64,000 nt of DNA from Deltaproteobacteria bacterium. Its GTDB lineage: Bacteria; Myxococcota; B64-G9. Under the pieces are notes generated by a model. It did not search any database, was not told where the DNA came from, and saw only the letters and a program-made list of their open reading frames with translations. This document shows, piece by piece, positions 8,940-22,341 of this stretch. Where the stretch lies: positions 4,250 to 68,249 of the forward strand of contig JAFGRB010000371.1 of the NCBI GenBank assembly GCA_016935365.1. The letters are read 5' to 3'. Each line of letters opens with the position of its first letter. The first letter of the stretch is position 1. The position numbers and the translations under genes are program-made.

Positions 8940-10058
8940 GTGATCGTACGATCCGTCAGAGTAGGACATTTTCGGAATCTCGTCTCTCAGACAATTCAGC
9001 TATCGTCTGGAATCAACCTGTTCGTGGGTGGAAACGGACAGGGCAAGACGAACTTCCTCGAAGCCATCTACTTCCAGTCGACCCTGAGATCGTTCCGATC
9101 GGCCAGGCTGAGGGATCTCATCCAGCATGGGAGCGAGAATGCAGAGGTCGAATCCGGAGTCGACTCGGAAGGGGTCCCAATCCGTCTTCGGGTTTTCATC
9201 GATGGGCAGGTCCGAAGGCTGTGGTTGGGAGGCAAGGCAGTACGCTCTGCTGGCGAGTATCTTGGTCTTCTCAGAGCAGTTGCGTTCACACCGGACGACC
9301 TCGCGATGGTCAAAGGGGCCCCGTCTCTCAGACGGCGTTTTCTCGACCGCGCCGCATTTCTTTTCCAGGCGTCTCACCTGGATGACGTGAGAGACTTCCA
9401 GACGGCTCTGAGAGCGCGCAATCGGCTGCTCCAGGATGCCTCGGGACGATCCTCGGATGTGGAGTTGGAGAGCTTCACGGAGACACTGGCAGCGTGTGGT
9501 GCGCGAGTTTCCACGAACCGTTCGCGTCTGCTGCAAAGGTTGGAATCTTCGGTGGCCTCGATACTGAATCGGATCTCGGAAGGCAGGTTGGAGGCACGGA
9601 TCCGATTCGAACCGGGCTGGAGAATGGGAGAAGGGACTGATTTGGAGGGGGAGACCCGAAGCCTGGCATGCCAGATGGAAAGCAAGCTGAGGCGGGACAG
9701 GAAGCGTGGATCCACGAGCATCGGACCTCAACTCGATGACTTCGAGGTGCTGCTGTCCGGCGACTCGGTGCGTCGACTTGCCTCGCAGGGCCAGCAGAGG
9801 GCTGTGGCTGTTGCCTTGATGCTATCGGTCGTGGAAGAAATCGTCTCTTCCGGAGGAGAGAGCCCTGTCATCCTCCTCGACGACGTGTCGAGCGAACTGG
9901 AATTAAGGAGGCGAGAGAGGCTCTTCGAACTCGTGTCCGAGTTCGGAAGCCAGGTTCTCGTGACCAGCACAGAGCTGGATCTCCTGGGTGCACTGGCAGA
10001 TGATGCTTCTGCCAGGTTCCAGATCGAGTCCGGGCGCATACTTCCGATTGGAGGTTGA
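8940..10058 (+). CDS. recF: DNA replication and repair protein RecF
   Basis: Walker A GGNGQGKTNFLEAIY, signature/Walker B LLLDDVSSELE, dnaA-dnaN-recF order. Confidence 0.9.
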   Translation: MIVRSVRVGHFRNLVSQTIQLSSGINLFVGGNGQGKTNFLEAIYFQSTLRSFRSARLRDLIQHGSENAEVESGVDSEGVPIRLRVFIDGQVRRLWLGGKAVRSAGEYLGLLRAVAFTPDDLAMVKGAPSLRRRFLDRAAFLFQASHLDDVRDFQTALRARNRLLQDASGRSSDVELESFTETLAACGARVSTNRSRLLQRLESSVASILNRISEGRLEARIRFEPGWRMGEGTDLEGETRSLACQMESKLRRDRKRGSTSIGPQLDDFEVLLSGDSVRRLASQGQQRAVAVALMLSVVEEIVSSGGESPVILLDDVSSELELRRRERLFELVSEFGSQVLVTSTELDLLGALADDASARFQIESGRILPIGG

Positions 10059-10061
10059 GCT

Positions 10062-11831
10062 TTGAGCACCTGGGACTGGCTCGTCGTGGGCTCCTACATC
10101 GCCATCTCATTGGGCATCGGAGTGTTCTTTTCACGAAGGGCCGGTCGCAGCGTCCAGGACTACTTTCTATCCAATCGAAGCCTTCCGTGGTGGCTGATCG
10201 GAAGCTCCATGGTGGCCACCACGTTTGCAGCCGATACACCTCTGGCCGTGACCGAGTTGGTACGAGAAGAAGGAATCTGGAAGAACTGGTTCTGGTGGGC
10301 TCTCGCCATCAGCCATGTGCTTGCGGCGATCGTGTTTTCCAGGCTCTGGAGAAGGTCCGGTGTCCTGACCGACAACGAGCTCATCGAGCTTCGATACGGG
10401 GGCAAGAAGGCCGCTTTTCTGCGTGGATTCAAAGCCTGCTACTTTTCCACGCTCTACAACTTCATCGTCATGGGTTGGGTCACGGCTGCCATGTCCACGG
10501 TTCTCAGCTCGTTCATCGACATACCGATGTGGACTGCCATCGCCGTGTGCATGCTGGTCGCCATCGTCTATTCGATGCTCGGCGGCTTCTGGGGGGTGGT
10601 GGTCACCGATCTCGTGCAGTTCATCGTGGCCATGGTCGGATCGGTCGTCTTCGCCGTGCTGGCCGTCGACAGAGTAGGCGGGCTGGACAAGCTCGTCGGA
10701 GAGGTGTCCGGGAGCCATCCGGAACTGCTCCAACTCATTCCCGGCACCAGCGCACCGGCAGGGACATGGGCTACGTTCACCGTCTTCGTGCTGGTGCTCT
10801 GGTGGTCCAGCCACAACGCAGACGGAGGCGGATACATCATCCAGCGCATGATGTCGGCTCGCGACGAGCGTCACGCGGTCTACGGCACGCTCTGGTTCGC
10901 TCTGGCTCACTACGTGCTGAGGGTCTGGCCGTGGGTCGTGGTGGCGCTCGTTTCCGTCGTCCTCTTGCCCGAGATCGGCCACCGGGAGGCCTATCCAGAG
11001 GTGATGTGCCGGATCCTGCCCGCGGGTCTGAGAGGTCTATTCGTGGCAGTGTTTCTGGCTGCCTTCATGTCCACAATCGACACCCATTTGAACTGGGGCG
11101 CATCGTATGTGGTCAACGACCTGTACAGACGGTTTTTGAAAAAAGAAGCTGACGAGAAACACTACGTACGCGTCTCTCGAATCGTCATGGTGATGCTGGG
11201 GCTCATCGCTGCGCTGGTGGCGTTTTTCCTGAAGAGCATTTCGGCGGCCTGGATATTCGTCTGGTCCATGGGGGCTGGTATCGGTGCGGTGCTCATCCTG
11301 CGCTGGTTCTGGTGGCGGATCAACGCATGGTCTGAGATTGCGGCCCTTTCCACCTCCGTGCTGATGACCATCGCCATCCTGATATACGAGAGCGCCAGAG
11401 GTCCGATCGAAGCTCTGGTCCCCATGTCCGTGGTCTTGCCTTTCCATGGAGGACTGGCTTTCGTATGGACGTCGATCGAGATGCCGTTCGAACTGCCCTT
11501 GTACTTCAAGGCGCTCATCGTGGTGGGAAGCTCCATCTGCGTTTGGCTACCGGTCACACTCCTCACACGGCCCGAGACGGAGCAGGTCCTGGACGCATTC
11601 TATCGACGGATCCGGCCAGGTGGCGCGTGGAAGCGCGAGGCGCGCAGGGGTTCGGTACTCTACAGCCTGGTCGCGTGGCTCGGGGGTGTGGCGCTTGTCT
11701 ATGGAGGTATGTTCTTGCTGGGATCCTGGGTGCTCAGACAGCCTGTCACGGCAGCCTGGAGCGCGGGTCTCACTCTGCTCGGTCTGCTCGTGCTCGTCCT
11801 GGGTATGCGAGGGATCAGTAGGGTGTCTTGA
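10062..11831 (+). CDS. sodium:solute symporter family (SSF/SLC5-like) transporter, 589 aa
   Basis: Multiple TM segments, N-terminal ..YFLSNRSLPWWLIGSSMVATTFAADTPLAVTELV.. typical of SSF. Function (possibly GlcNAc or other sugar uptake given adjacent nagA) is inference. Confidence 0.75.
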   Translation: MSTWDWLVVGSYIAISLGIGVFFSRRAGRSVQDYFLSNRSLPWWLIGSSMVATTFAADTPLAVTELVREEGIWKNWFWWALAISHVLAAIVFSRLWRRSGVLTDNELIELRYGGKKAAFLRGFKACYFSTLYNFIVMGWVTAAMSTVLSSFIDIPMWTAIAVCMLVAIVYSMLGGFWGVVVTDLVQFIVAMVGSVVFAVLAVDRVGGLDKLVGEVSGSHPELLQLIPGTSAPAGTWATFTVFVLVLWWSSHNADGGGYIIQRMMSARDERHAVYGTLWFALAHYVLRVWPWVVVALVSVVLLPEIGHREAYPEVMCRILPAGLRGLFVAVFLAAFMSTIDTHLNWGASYVVNDLYRRFLKKEADEKHYVRVSRIVMVMLGLIAALVAFFLKSISAAWIFVWSMGAGIGAVLILRWFWWRINAWSEIAALSTSVLMTIAILIYESARGPIEALVPMSVVLPFHGGLAFVWTSIEMPFELPLYFKALIVVGSSICVWLPVTLLTRPETEQVLDAFYRRIRPGGAWKREARRGSVLYSLVAWLGGVALVYGGMFLLGSWVLRQPVTAAWSAGLTLLGLLVLVLGMRGISRVS

Positions 11832-13008
11832 AGATCCGACGACCGCTCACGTAGGAGTAGAGCACGCGCATGTCGGTCCTGTCGAGCACGAGCAGATCGG
11901 CATGCTTTCCCACCTTGATGCTGCCGAGGCGATCGTCGATCTTGAGGACGCGTGCTGGATTGAGCGAAGCGCAGTGGACAGCGATGTATGGCGGTATCTT
12001 CAGCATGTCGATCATGCCGCGTACGGCGTCGATCATGGTCAGCGCACTGCCCGCCAGCATGTTCTCGTTGGAGTCGAGACGGGCGGAACCATCCAGGATG
12101 TGGATCGGCTGGTCGCCCAACTTGCCCTTTCCGTCTCCAGATCCGACCACGGAAGTCGCATCCGTGACCAGCACGAGCCGGTCCATTCCGATCAGCTGGT
12201 AGGCTATCTTGACGGCAGCCGGGTGGAGGTGGTGCTCGTCGACGACCAGTTCCGCGAAGATGCCATCTTCGGTCAGCACGGCTCCTGCGGCGTTCGGGTC
12301 TCGGTGGTGAAATGGCTTCATTCCGTTGTACAGATGGGTCGCCAGGATACAACCGCTCTGGATGGCATTCCGAGCCTGCTCGTATGTCGCTCCTGTGTGG
12401 GCGATGGCCGCCACGAGACCCATCTCCTTGGCAGTCCACTGGATGATCTGGTCGGCATCGGGTAGCTCAGGGGCCAGGGCGACGATGCGGAGCCATCCAC
12501 CAGCGGAGACGGCCAGGCTCTTCATGATGTCGAGATCGGGGTACAGGAGGTAATCGGGATGGTGTGCCCCGGCACGCGATGGGTTGATGAAAGGCCCTTC
12601 GAGGTATGCGCCCAGCAATCGGCAACCACCCGTTCCAGATGTGGCAAGCCGATAGATGGCGTTGAGGGCCTTCTTCGTCACCTCGATGGGAGAGGAGATG
12701 ACCGCCAGGCACATCGAGGTGGTGCCGAACGCCTCGTGGGTACGGCAGATTGTCTTGAGCGCCTCCGGATCTCCTACCGTGCAGTCGATCCCTCCTCCAC
12801 CGTGGACGTGGAGATCGATGAATCCTGGAGAGAGGTAGAATCCACCGAGATCGACGGTTTTGTCGGACGTGTCCTTACAGTCGGCTGTGGGGCCGACCCA
12901 AAAGATGACACCCTGGCGCACGGCCACGGCACCATCCTCCAGGACGGCGTCCTCGAGGATGATCGATCCGTGAATGAATGTGATGTCTTCCATTTCAGAA
13001 GCGTCCAT
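11815..13008 (-). CDS. nagA: N-acetylglucosamine-6-phosphate deacetylase NagA-like amidohydrolase
   Basis: GFIDLHVHGGGG metal-binding motif, ..HLYNGM.. and overall amidohydrolase layout consistent with NagA. Confidence 0.75.
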   Translation of the reverse strand: MDASEMEDITFIHGSIILEDAVLEDGAVAVRQGVIFWVGPTADCKDTSDKTVDLGGFYLSPGFIDLHVHGGGGIDCTVGDPEALKTICRTHEAFGTTSMCLAVISSPIEVTKKALNAIYRLATSGTGGCRLLGAYLEGPFINPSRAGAHHPDYLLYPDLDIMKSLAVSAGGWLRIVALAPELPDADQIIQWTAKEMGLVAAIAHTGATYEQARNAIQSGCILATHLYNGMKPFHHRDPNAAGAVLTEDGIFAELVVDEHHLHPAAVKIAYQLIGMDRLVLVTDATSVVGSGDGKGKLGDQPIHILDGSARLDSNENMLAGSALTMIDAVRGMIDMLKIPPYIAVHCASLNPARVLKIDDRLGSIKVGKHADLLVLDRTDMRVLYSYVSGRRIFKTPY

Positions 13009-13192
13009 GCTTTCTCATGGCAGACGCCTTGTCAAGATCCGACTGAATGGAAGCGGGCAGTGTCTATGATTATTCTTTTTTATTAGTAAGTTACGTACTA
13101 ATGAGGGCGCTCTTTTTGCTTTACTTGCAGCCCTGCTCATGCTAGGTTTTCCGAGTCGTCGGAAGTCGGATTGTTTCTTTTTTGACAGGTAG

Positions 13193-15649
<2,457 letters not shown>

Positions 15650-15660
15650 TCGGCAGGACG

Positions 15661-16680
15661 ATGCCTGATCACGGACGCGACATTCCGAAAAGGACCGTGC
15701 TCATGGGTGTCGGGCACTGTCTTCCAGAGCGAGTCGTGTCAAACGAGGACCTTACGCAGTGGATGGAGACGAACGCCGATTGGATACTGGAGCGCACCGG
15801 CATACGACAACGGCGTTGGATCGACGAGGATTGCGGTGCCAGCGACCTGGCTGCGGTGGCAGCCAGGGAAGCCTGTGAGAGGGCAGGGGTCGAGGTCTCC
15901 GAAATCGACTGCATCGTGCTGGCCACTTTATCGCCGGATCACACCTTCCCGGGAACCGGCTGCTTTCTTCAGGCCAAGCTGGACCTGCCCGGGATTCCGG
16001 CTCTGGACATTCGCAATCAGTGCTCGGGCTTCATCTACGGGCTGAGTGTCGCAGATGCCTGGATCCGCTGCGGACAGTATCGCCGGGTTCTGCTCGTGGG
16101 CGCCGAGATTCACTCAACTGGACTGGATGTCTCCACTCGGGGTCGTGATGTGGCCTGCTTGTTCGGAGATGGGGCCGGCGCGGTCGTGCTCGGCCCGGGA
16201 GATGGATCGCGGGGCGTGATTTCGACCCATCTACACGCGGACGGGCGTCATGCCGAGGATCTGTGGATCGAGGCTCCCGGATCGCGTTTTCACCCGCAGC
16301 GGGTGACCGAGGAGATGATCCGCGATGGGCGGCATTTCCCGAAGATGAGAAACCGCCGTGTGTTCACCGCAGCGGTCCAGAGAATGCCCGAGGTCATCCT
16401 CGAGGCGCTGGGGCACAGCGATCTGTCCCTGGATGATGTCGCGCTCTTCGTACCCCATCAGGCGAACCAGCGGATCACCGAGGCCGTCGCTCGACAGCTG
16501 GGAAGAGATCCGGAACGCTTCTACAGCAACATCGAGATGCTGGGCAACACGACGGCCGCCTCCATCCCGCTCGCCCTCTACGATGCGGAGCGAGAAGGGC
16601 GTCTGAAGAAGGACGATCTCGTCGTTCTGGTCTCTTTTGGCGCTGGCTTTACCTGGGCCGCTGCCGTGCTCCGATACTGA
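15661..16680 (+). CDS. fabH: 3-oxoacyl-ACP synthase III (FabH-like KAS III)
   Basis: ..ILERTGIRQRRW.., active-site Cys context NQCSGFIYGL, His/Asn region ..VPHQANQRI.., C-terminal GAGFTWAAAVLRY. Confidence 0.8.
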   Translation: MPDHGRDIPKRTVLMGVGHCLPERVVSNEDLTQWMETNADWILERTGIRQRRWIDEDCGASDLAAVAAREACERAGVEVSEIDCIVLATLSPDHTFPGTGCFLQAKLDLPGIPALDIRNQCSGFIYGLSVADAWIRCGQYRRVLLVGAEIHSTGLDVSTRGRDVACLFGDGAGAVVLGPGDGSRGVISTHLHADGRHAEDLWIEAPGSRFHPQRVTEEMIRDGRHFPKMRNRRVFTAAVQRMPEVILEALGHSDLSLDDVALFVPHQANQRITEAVARQLGRDPERFYSNIEMLGNTTAASIPLALYDAEREGRLKKDDLVVLVSFGAGFTWAAAVLRY

Positions 16681-16690
16681 TGCCCCGGGG

Positions 16691-17989
16691 CTAGTCTTCT
16701 TCTTCCGTCGCCTGGGGGTGCGTGTGCGTGGCGAGCACCGGGCGTGTCGCCTCGAGCTCCCGCAAAGAGGGTCGTCTGCCCGATGCATCCGAGTTGCCGG
16801 TCTCGTCCAGGTGGAGGGGAGCAAACACACAGCGAAGCGCAGGGGGTAAGGTCTGGATCTTCTCGAGGAGATCCGACTTGCGTATGTAGATCTCCTCTCG
16901 GCGGCCACCTTCGTGCTCGACTTTCAGGCACAGCTCGCTGGAAGCGGGGCTGCGGATCTGGATCTCGACGATGGTGGGAGCCAGGAAGTGAACCATCCGC
17001 TCGACGAGTTCGGGCAGACGTCTCGATGAGAGCACTTCCTGGCCTTCGATCCGCACGGCGGTCAGCGCGCTGCGGGCACGGTAGAGTTGGACCAGATGGG
17101 GTTGCAGGGACTTGAAGAGCTGAGTGAGTTGGGCGTCGTGCTCTGTGCCCAGCACATCTGGTTCGACAGGCAGTCGCGCTCCACCCGCATCGATTCGCCA
17201 GGCGAGAAAGCGTCCGGATGACTTGGGGCCGAGCAGGAAAACGCCTTCCTGGCCGCTTCCTCCGCGACGCAGCAGCTGGATCTGCACGGATGATTCATCA
17301 TCGCAAACGTAGCTCATCATCGCGTCGTCGATGCGCATGCATTCGACTACGGGATCCTTCTTCAACCAGGCCTTCCGGGTCCCGACCGGAAGGTCCCAGC
17401 GTCCGGGAACCAGGTCGGAGACCTTTCGCGGTGCGGAGAAGAAATTGGAGGCGCCTGCGTCCAACTTGTAGCTGCAATCCAGTCCGATGACATCCTGGAT
17501 CTCCGATTCAGCGTGGTAGCCGTCGCCTTCTGGGCGCAGATAGATCCGCAGGCTGTTGTTGCTGACCGGAACGCCGCTGCTCACGAAGAAGGCGCGCAGG
17601 TGCTTCTGGATCTGAGCCTGAAATTTCTGGATCTCTTGCTCGGTAGCCTTGATGCGAGCCTCCACCTTGCTGACGACACGGGATCGACCCTCTTTCATGT
17701 AGCGGGCGAAGTTGGAGATCGCACCTTCAGCCAGCACGGCCACGACATCCTCAGGCGCATAGCTGGAGGAGGCCGCCTCGATGCTGCTGACGACATGCTT
17801 CTCGAACTCCTCTATCTCGCTCAGGGCGTCTGCCACGAAGGCGCGATCCTCGTCGATCGACACCGTGCTCGAGGCGATGGCGGCATGTAGCTTCAGGGAG
17901 GACACCGCCATGTCCAGAAATCGCTGCAAGAGACCCAGCGTGTTGTCCTGGTGGGGAAATTCGCTCAGATCTCCATACAGATACCGCAT
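16691..17989 (-). CDS. hypothetical protein (432 aa), no recognised domain
   Basis: Long ORF with balanced, non-repetitive composition and GC3-rich codons. Occupies the whole fabH-gyrA interval on the opposite strand. Confidence 0.5.
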   Translation of the reverse strand: MRYLYGDLSEFPHQDNTLGLLQRFLDMAVSSLKLHAAIASSTVSIDEDRAFVADALSEIEEFEKHVVSSIEAASSSYAPEDVVAVLAEGAISNFARYMKEGRSRVVSKVEARIKATEQEIQKFQAQIQKHLRAFFVSSGVPVSNNSLRIYLRPEGDGYHAESEIQDVIGLDCSYKLDAGASNFFSAPRKVSDLVPGRWDLPVGTRKAWLKKDPVVECMRIDDAMMSYVCDDESSVQIQLLRRGGSGQEGVFLLGPKSSGRFLAWRIDAGGARLPVEPDVLGTEHDAQLTQLFKSLQPHLVQLYRARSALTAVRIEGQEVLSSRRLPELVERMVHFLAPTIVEIQIRSPASSELCLKVEHEGGRREEIYIRKSDLLEKIQTLPPALRCVFAPLHLDETGNSDASGRRPSLRELEATRPVLATHTHPQATEEED

Positions 17990-18092
17990 GCGGGGATGAT
18001 AGCCTCGTTACCCAGTGGGGTCAATGGCGGATCTGCGGTTGTAAGATTTTGAAAAATAAAGGCAAAAGGTGTTTCCCGCCCCAGTTTTTTCG

Positions 18093-18122
18093 TTGACACA
18101 TCGCTGCTCGAAGTGCTATTCA
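18093..18122 (+). promoter_or_regulatory. candidate sigma70-type promoter upstream of gyrA (TTGACA -35 at 18093-18098; weak TATTCA -10 about 18 nt downstream)
   Basis: Perfect -35 hexamer in an AT-richer intergenic stretch. The -10 is weak and spacing is approximate. Confidence 0.3.
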
Positions 18123-20608
18123 ATCCTGTCGGCTATCTCATGGACTCCCATATCTCTCAGTCTCAGCTAGGCGCACATCAAGTCAACATCGAAGACGAGA
18201 TGCGCGCGTCTTACCTCGATTACGCGATGAGCGTGATCATTGGCCGTGCGCTACCCGACGTGCGAGACGGGCTCAAGCCGGTGCACCGTCGCATCCTCTA
18301 CGCCATGTATACGGAGGGGCTGCTCCACAACCGGAAGTACTCCAAGTGTGCAGGTGTGGTCGGAGAGGTGCTCAAGAAGTACCACCCGCACGGAGATGCC
18401 GCCGTCTATGACACCCTGGTCCGACTGGCCCAGGAATGGAACCTGCGCTACCCGCTCGTGGACGGTCAGGGCAACTTCGGGTCCATCGACGGCGATCCGG
18501 CTGCTGCCTACCGCTACACCGAGTCCAGGCTGGAGAAGCTGGCCGAGGAGATGCTCGCCGACATCGAGAAGGACACGGTCGACTTCGTGCCCAACTTCGA
18601 CGGCGCGGCGCAGGAGCCATCGATCCTTCCGTCGAGGTTGCCGAACCTCCTCGTCAATGGCTCGACCGGGATCGCGGTCGGGATGGCCACGAACATCCCG
18701 CCCCACAACATGAAGGAGATCGTGAAGGCCTGTGTGTCACTGGCGCGCAATCCGGATACGGGCATCGAGGACTTGATGAAGATCGTGCCGGGCCCGGATT
18801 TCCCGACCGGCGGGATCATCTGTGGACGGGAGGGAATCTCGCAGGCCTATCACACCGGCAGAGGCATCCTGGTGGTACGCGGCCGGGCAGCCATCGACGT
18901 GAATCCAAAGACCAAGCGCGCGGCGATCGTGATCTCCGAGATCCCCTATCAGGTCAACAAGGCGAGGCTTGTCGAACGGATTGCGAATCTCGTTCGCGAG
19001 AGGAAGATCCAGAGCGTCTCCGACGTACGTGACGAGAGCGATCGCGATGGAATGCGGATCGTCGTCGAGCTGAAAAAGGACGCTACCTCTCAGGTGGTGT
19101 TGAACCAGTTGTTCAAGCACACGCCCCTGCAGAGCTCCTTCGGCATCATCATGTTGGCCATCGTGGGCGGGCAGCCCGTCGTGCTCAACTTGAAAGAGGC
19201 ACTGCAGCACTATCTGGATCACCGGCGAGAGGTCATTCGGCGTCGATGCGTGTTCGAGCTCGAGCAAGCTCGCGCCAGAGCGCATGTCCTGGAAGGGCTA
19301 CAGATAGCCCTGGATCACATCGACGAGGTGATCGAGATCATCCGGTCCTCTAAAGAGCCAGCCACAGCGCGGGATCGACTCATCGATCGTTTCGAGCTCA
19401 GTGAAAGGCAGGCCCAGGCCATCCTGGACATGCGTCTGCAGAGGCTGACAGGGCTGGAGCGCGAGAAGATCGCCAAGGAACTGGAAGAGCTGCTCATCGA
19501 GATCGCGCGGTTGACCGAGATCCTGGATGACGTCCGCAAGCTGATGGATCTCGTGGTGAAGGAGCTCGAGGAGATCGGACAAGCCTACGGAGACGCGCGC
19601 CGTACCGATATCATGTCCGCCCAGGACGAGCTGACCATCGAGGACTTGATCGAGGAAGAAGACCAGGTCGTCACCGTCAGCCATGCCGGGTACGTCAAGC
19701 GAACATCGCTGAATGCCTACAGGCGGCAGCGCAGGGGAGGTCGCGGACGCACGGGGATGAAAGCCCGTAGCGAGGACTTCGTCGAGGATGTCTTCATCGC
19801 TTCGACCCACTCCACGGTCCTCGTGATCACCCAGTCGGGACGGGCATATGCTCTGAAGGTGCACGAGGTGCCCGAGGCGGGGCCCGCCGCCAGGGGGACG
19901 CCCATCGTCAACCTCGTCCGGATGCAGGCGGAGGAGCAGATCGCTTCCATCGTTCCGATCCAGTCCTTCGAAGAGCAGCGAGGGCATTTCCTGGTGATGG
20001 TTTCGGAGGGCGGTTTCATCAAGAAGACCCAGCTGGACGCGTACGCCAACATCAACGTATCCGGAATCATCGCCATGGGAGTGGACGAGAAGGACCGGAT
20101 CATCTCGGCGCGGCTCACCCAGGGGCAGCAGGAGCTCCTGATCGGATCGCGCTTGGGCATGGCTGTGAGGTTCAGGGAGCAGGATGTGCGCTCGATGGGC
20201 AGGACGGCGCGGGGCGTGCGGGGCATCCGGCTCAAGGGCGGTGATCGGGTCGTGTCCATGGAGGTGATCGATCCCGGTGCCACGATTATCACGGTGACCG
20301 AGAAAGGCTACGGGAAGAGAACCGAGCTTGATGAGTACCGGCTGATCGCCCGTGGGGGAATGGGCGTCAAGACTTGTCGGGTGACCGAGAGAAACGGTCC
20401 GGTGGTGGGCTGCATGCAGGTCTCAACCGATGACGACTTGATCATGATCACTTCGGGAGGCATGGTCATCCGCACCGAGGTCAGGGGAATCTCTCTCATG
20501 GGTCGCGACACACAGGGCGTCAGGCTGATCGACTTGAAGGAAGGCGAGCGGGTCGTCGGTCTCGCGAGGCTCGTGGAGCGAGAAGAAGAGAATGGCCTGG
20601 ATGAGTAG
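18113..20608 (+). CDS. gyrA: DNA gyrase subunit A (likely true start ATG 18140)
   Basis: ..[31 protein letters not shown].. with active-site Tyr region, GyrA box, six C-terminal beta-pinwheel repeats, acidic tail. Confidence 0.95.
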   Translation: MLFNPVGYLMDSHISQSQLGAHQVNIEDEMRASYLDYAMSVIIGRALPDVRDGLKPVHRRILYAMYTEGLLHNRKYSKCAGVVGEVLKKYHPHGDAAVYDTLVRLAQEWNLRYPLVDGQGNFGSIDGDPAAAYRYTESRLEKLAEEMLADIEKDTVDFVPNFDGAAQEPSILPSRLPNLLVNGSTGIAVGMATNIPPHNMKEIVKACVSLARNPDTGIEDLMKIVPGPDFPTGGIICGREGISQAYHTGRGILVVRGRAAIDVNPKTKRAAIVISEIPYQVNKARLVERIANLVRERKIQSVSDVRDESDRDGMRIVVELKKDATSQVVLNQLFKHTPLQSSFGIIMLAIVGGQPVVLNLKEALQHYLDHRREVIRRRCVFELEQARARAHVLEGLQIALDHIDEVIEIIRSSKEPATARDRLIDRFELSERQAQAILDMRLQRLTGLEREKIAKELEELLIEIARLTEILDDVRKLMDLVVKELEEIGQAYGDARRTDIMSAQDELTIEDLIEEEDQVVTVSHAGYVKRTSLNAYRRQRRGGRGRTGMKARSEDFVEDVFIASTHSTVLVITQSGRAYALKVHEVPEAGPAARGTPIVNLVRMQAEEQIASIVPIQSFEEQRGHFLVMVSEGGFIKKTQLDAYANINVSGIIAMGVDEKDRIISARLTQGQQELLIGSRLGMAVRFREQDVRSMGRTARGVRGIRLKGGDRVVSMEVIDPGATIITVTEKGYGKRTELDEYRLIARGGMGVKTCRVTERNGPVVGCMQVSTDDDLIMITSGGMVIRTEVRGISLMGRDTQGVRLIDLKEGERVVGLARLVEREEENGLDE

Positions 20609-21629
20609 CATGCACGGCCGGGCGATAGGCATCACGCTCGCGACCGCTTGGATCGCCGTCTTGTGTTCGGACTGCCTTTCGGAAAACGTCCAGGAGGACT
20701 TCGACCGCGGTGTGGATATGCTGTATTCGAATCGATACACCGAAGCGGAGGATCACTTCCTGGCTCTCGCGAGGCGACTGGACCGCTCGAAGCTGGCGGA
20801 TGCGGACCTATGGCGTGCACGCGCACTCTTCCAGGCAGGCCGGATAAGTCACCTCTACCTGAACCAACCCCAGCGGGCGATCCAGCGGATGAGAGAGGCC
20901 ATCAAGCTGCAACCCGAAGCGGATTTCTCGTTCGAGGCCCGGCTCGAGATAGCCGGGATATACCAGGATCGCATCCACGACCTCCGGGCGGCCGCGACCG
21001 AGTTCGAGCGTCTCGTTCACGACTACCCGAAGCAGGAGGGGATCGATGCCTATCAGTATCGGGTGGCACAGTGCTACTTGATGCTGCGAGACTACGAGCA
21101 GTCGAGGACCGAAGCGCGGCTCTTGCTCGAGCGCTGGCCAGACGGTAAGTTCGCTGGTGAGGCGCGCCTGCTGATCGCCAATGCCTTCTATCTCGAGGGC
21201 AAACGCACAGAGGCCATCGAGGCCCATCAGCGATTGCTGGACAGCCATCCCATCGCTGCCATCCGTTCGCGAGCCTACTTCGAGCTCGGGCTCTGCTATG
21301 CGGATCAGGCGGAGAACATCAAGGCCGAGCAAGCCTTCCTGGCCGCGCTGAAGGAGCATCCCAGGCCGGATCTGGTCCAGATACAGCTCTCCGCCATCCG
21401 GGAGCGGGTTCGACAGGAGGACGAAAAAGCCAAGCCACTATCCTACGCCACCGATGGCCGGACCTATGATGGCAGGGCCAACAATGCCCAAAAATCGGTC
21501 CAGACCGAGTCCAGCAAGGCGCAGGAGGAGCCAAGTGCCGAGAAGAAGGCCCCTGCGAGCCCCGAGCCGGCGAAGGACAAGGCTCCAGAGCCGGAGCCCC
21601 CCGAGCAGGAGAGTGGCGAGAAAGAGTGA
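20592..21629 (+). CDS. TPR-repeat lipoprotein (tetratricopeptide repeats; low-complexity PE/K-rich tail)
   Basis: Lipoprotein-type signal (..[13 protein letters not shown]..), several TPR-like helical repeats (..[14 protein letters not shown].., ..[13 protein letters not shown]..), C-terminal [17 protein letters not shown] tail. Overlaps gyrA stop. Confidence 0.6.
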   Translation: MAWMSSMHGRAIGITLATAWIAVLCSDCLSENVQEDFDRGVDMLYSNRYTEAEDHFLALARRLDRSKLADADLWRARALFQAGRISHLYLNQPQRAIQRMREAIKLQPEADFSFEARLEIAGIYQDRIHDLRAAATEFERLVHDYPKQEGIDAYQYRVAQCYLMLRDYEQSRTEARLLLERWPDGKFAGEARLLIANAFYLEGKRTEAIEAHQRLLDSHPIAAIRSRAYFELGLCYADQAENIKAEQAFLAALKEHPRPDLVQIQLSAIRERVRQEDEKAKPLSYATDGRTYDGRANNAQKSVQTESSKAQEEPSAEKKAPASPEPAKDKAPEPEPPEQESGEKE

Positions 21630-21715
21630 TCTTCCTGTCGTGTGTGAAAAAGGTTGATTCGCGGGTCAAGAAAATATATATAGGCCGTGAGAACGAAGAG
21701 GAAGCCGGAGTGGAT

Positions 21716-21952
21716 ATGCCCAGATTCTCCTCTTCGCTCCGTCAGGTGGGGCCCTACCTCAACCTGGGCGCCATGCTGGCGGCCTGTGTGGCGATCGGGG
21801 TGGGCTTGGGGTATGGCTTGGATGAGAAACTCGGGACCCATCCTTGGCTCTTGCTCGCGGGCTCTGCCCTTGGGATCGGATCTGGATTCTACCATTTTTT
21901 CAAGACGATAAACCAGCAGCTGCGAAAGGCAGACAAGGGCGATGAATCCTGA
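21716..21952 (+). CDS. atpZ: AtpZ/AtpR-like small membrane protein preceding the F0 genes (ORF track alt start 21626)
   Basis: Two TM helices (..YLNLGAMLAACVAIGVGLGYGLD.. and ..WLLLAGSALGIGSGFYHFF..) typical of the atpZ family upstream of atpI/atpB. GGAG Shine-Dalgarno before ATG 21716. Confidence 0.5.
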   Translation: MPRFSSSLRQVGPYLNLGAMLAACVAIGVGLGYGLDEKLGTHPWLLLAGSALGIGSGFYHFFKTINQQLRKADKGDES

Positions 21953-22340
21953 AGCGAGCACGGCCCACCTGGGCATGGGCAGCCTGGTGCTCATGGCTGG
22001 CTTGCTCGTCTTCGGTGGGCTGGCCCTGGGCCTCTTCTGGCAGGCGGGAGCGGCCGCAGGCTGGATGGCGGCGGGCCTGCTGGGGCTGTGCGCCTGGTGG
22101 ACGGCCAGACTCGCCTTTCGCGCGAGTCCGCGAGCTTTCTTCAAGCTGGTCTTCGGCGGGATGCTCTTGCGGATGTGCTTGTTGGGGATCGCAGCTGTCC
22201 TGGTGCTGAGCTTCGGTTGGCTGGATCGCATCGGCTTCGTCGCCGGTCTCGCGGCTGGTGTGCTGGTCTTCCTCGGGCTCGAGATCGGGGTGCTGAACGC
22301 AGCCGGAAGGCGGTCCAAAGCCTTGAAAGGCGAGAGCTGA
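21942..22340 (+). CDS. atpI: ATP synthase protein I (AtpI-like), 132 aa, 4 TM
   Basis: Small hydrophobic protein immediately upstream of atpB. Overlaps atpZ stop. Confidence 0.5.
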   Translation: MNPEASTAHLGMGSLVLMAGLLVFGGLALGLFWQAGAAAGWMAAGLLGLCAWWTARLAFRASPRAFFKLVFGGMLLRMCLLGIAAVLVLSFGWLDRIGFVAGLAAGVLVFLGLEIGVLNAAGRRSKALKGES

Positions 22341-22341
22341 G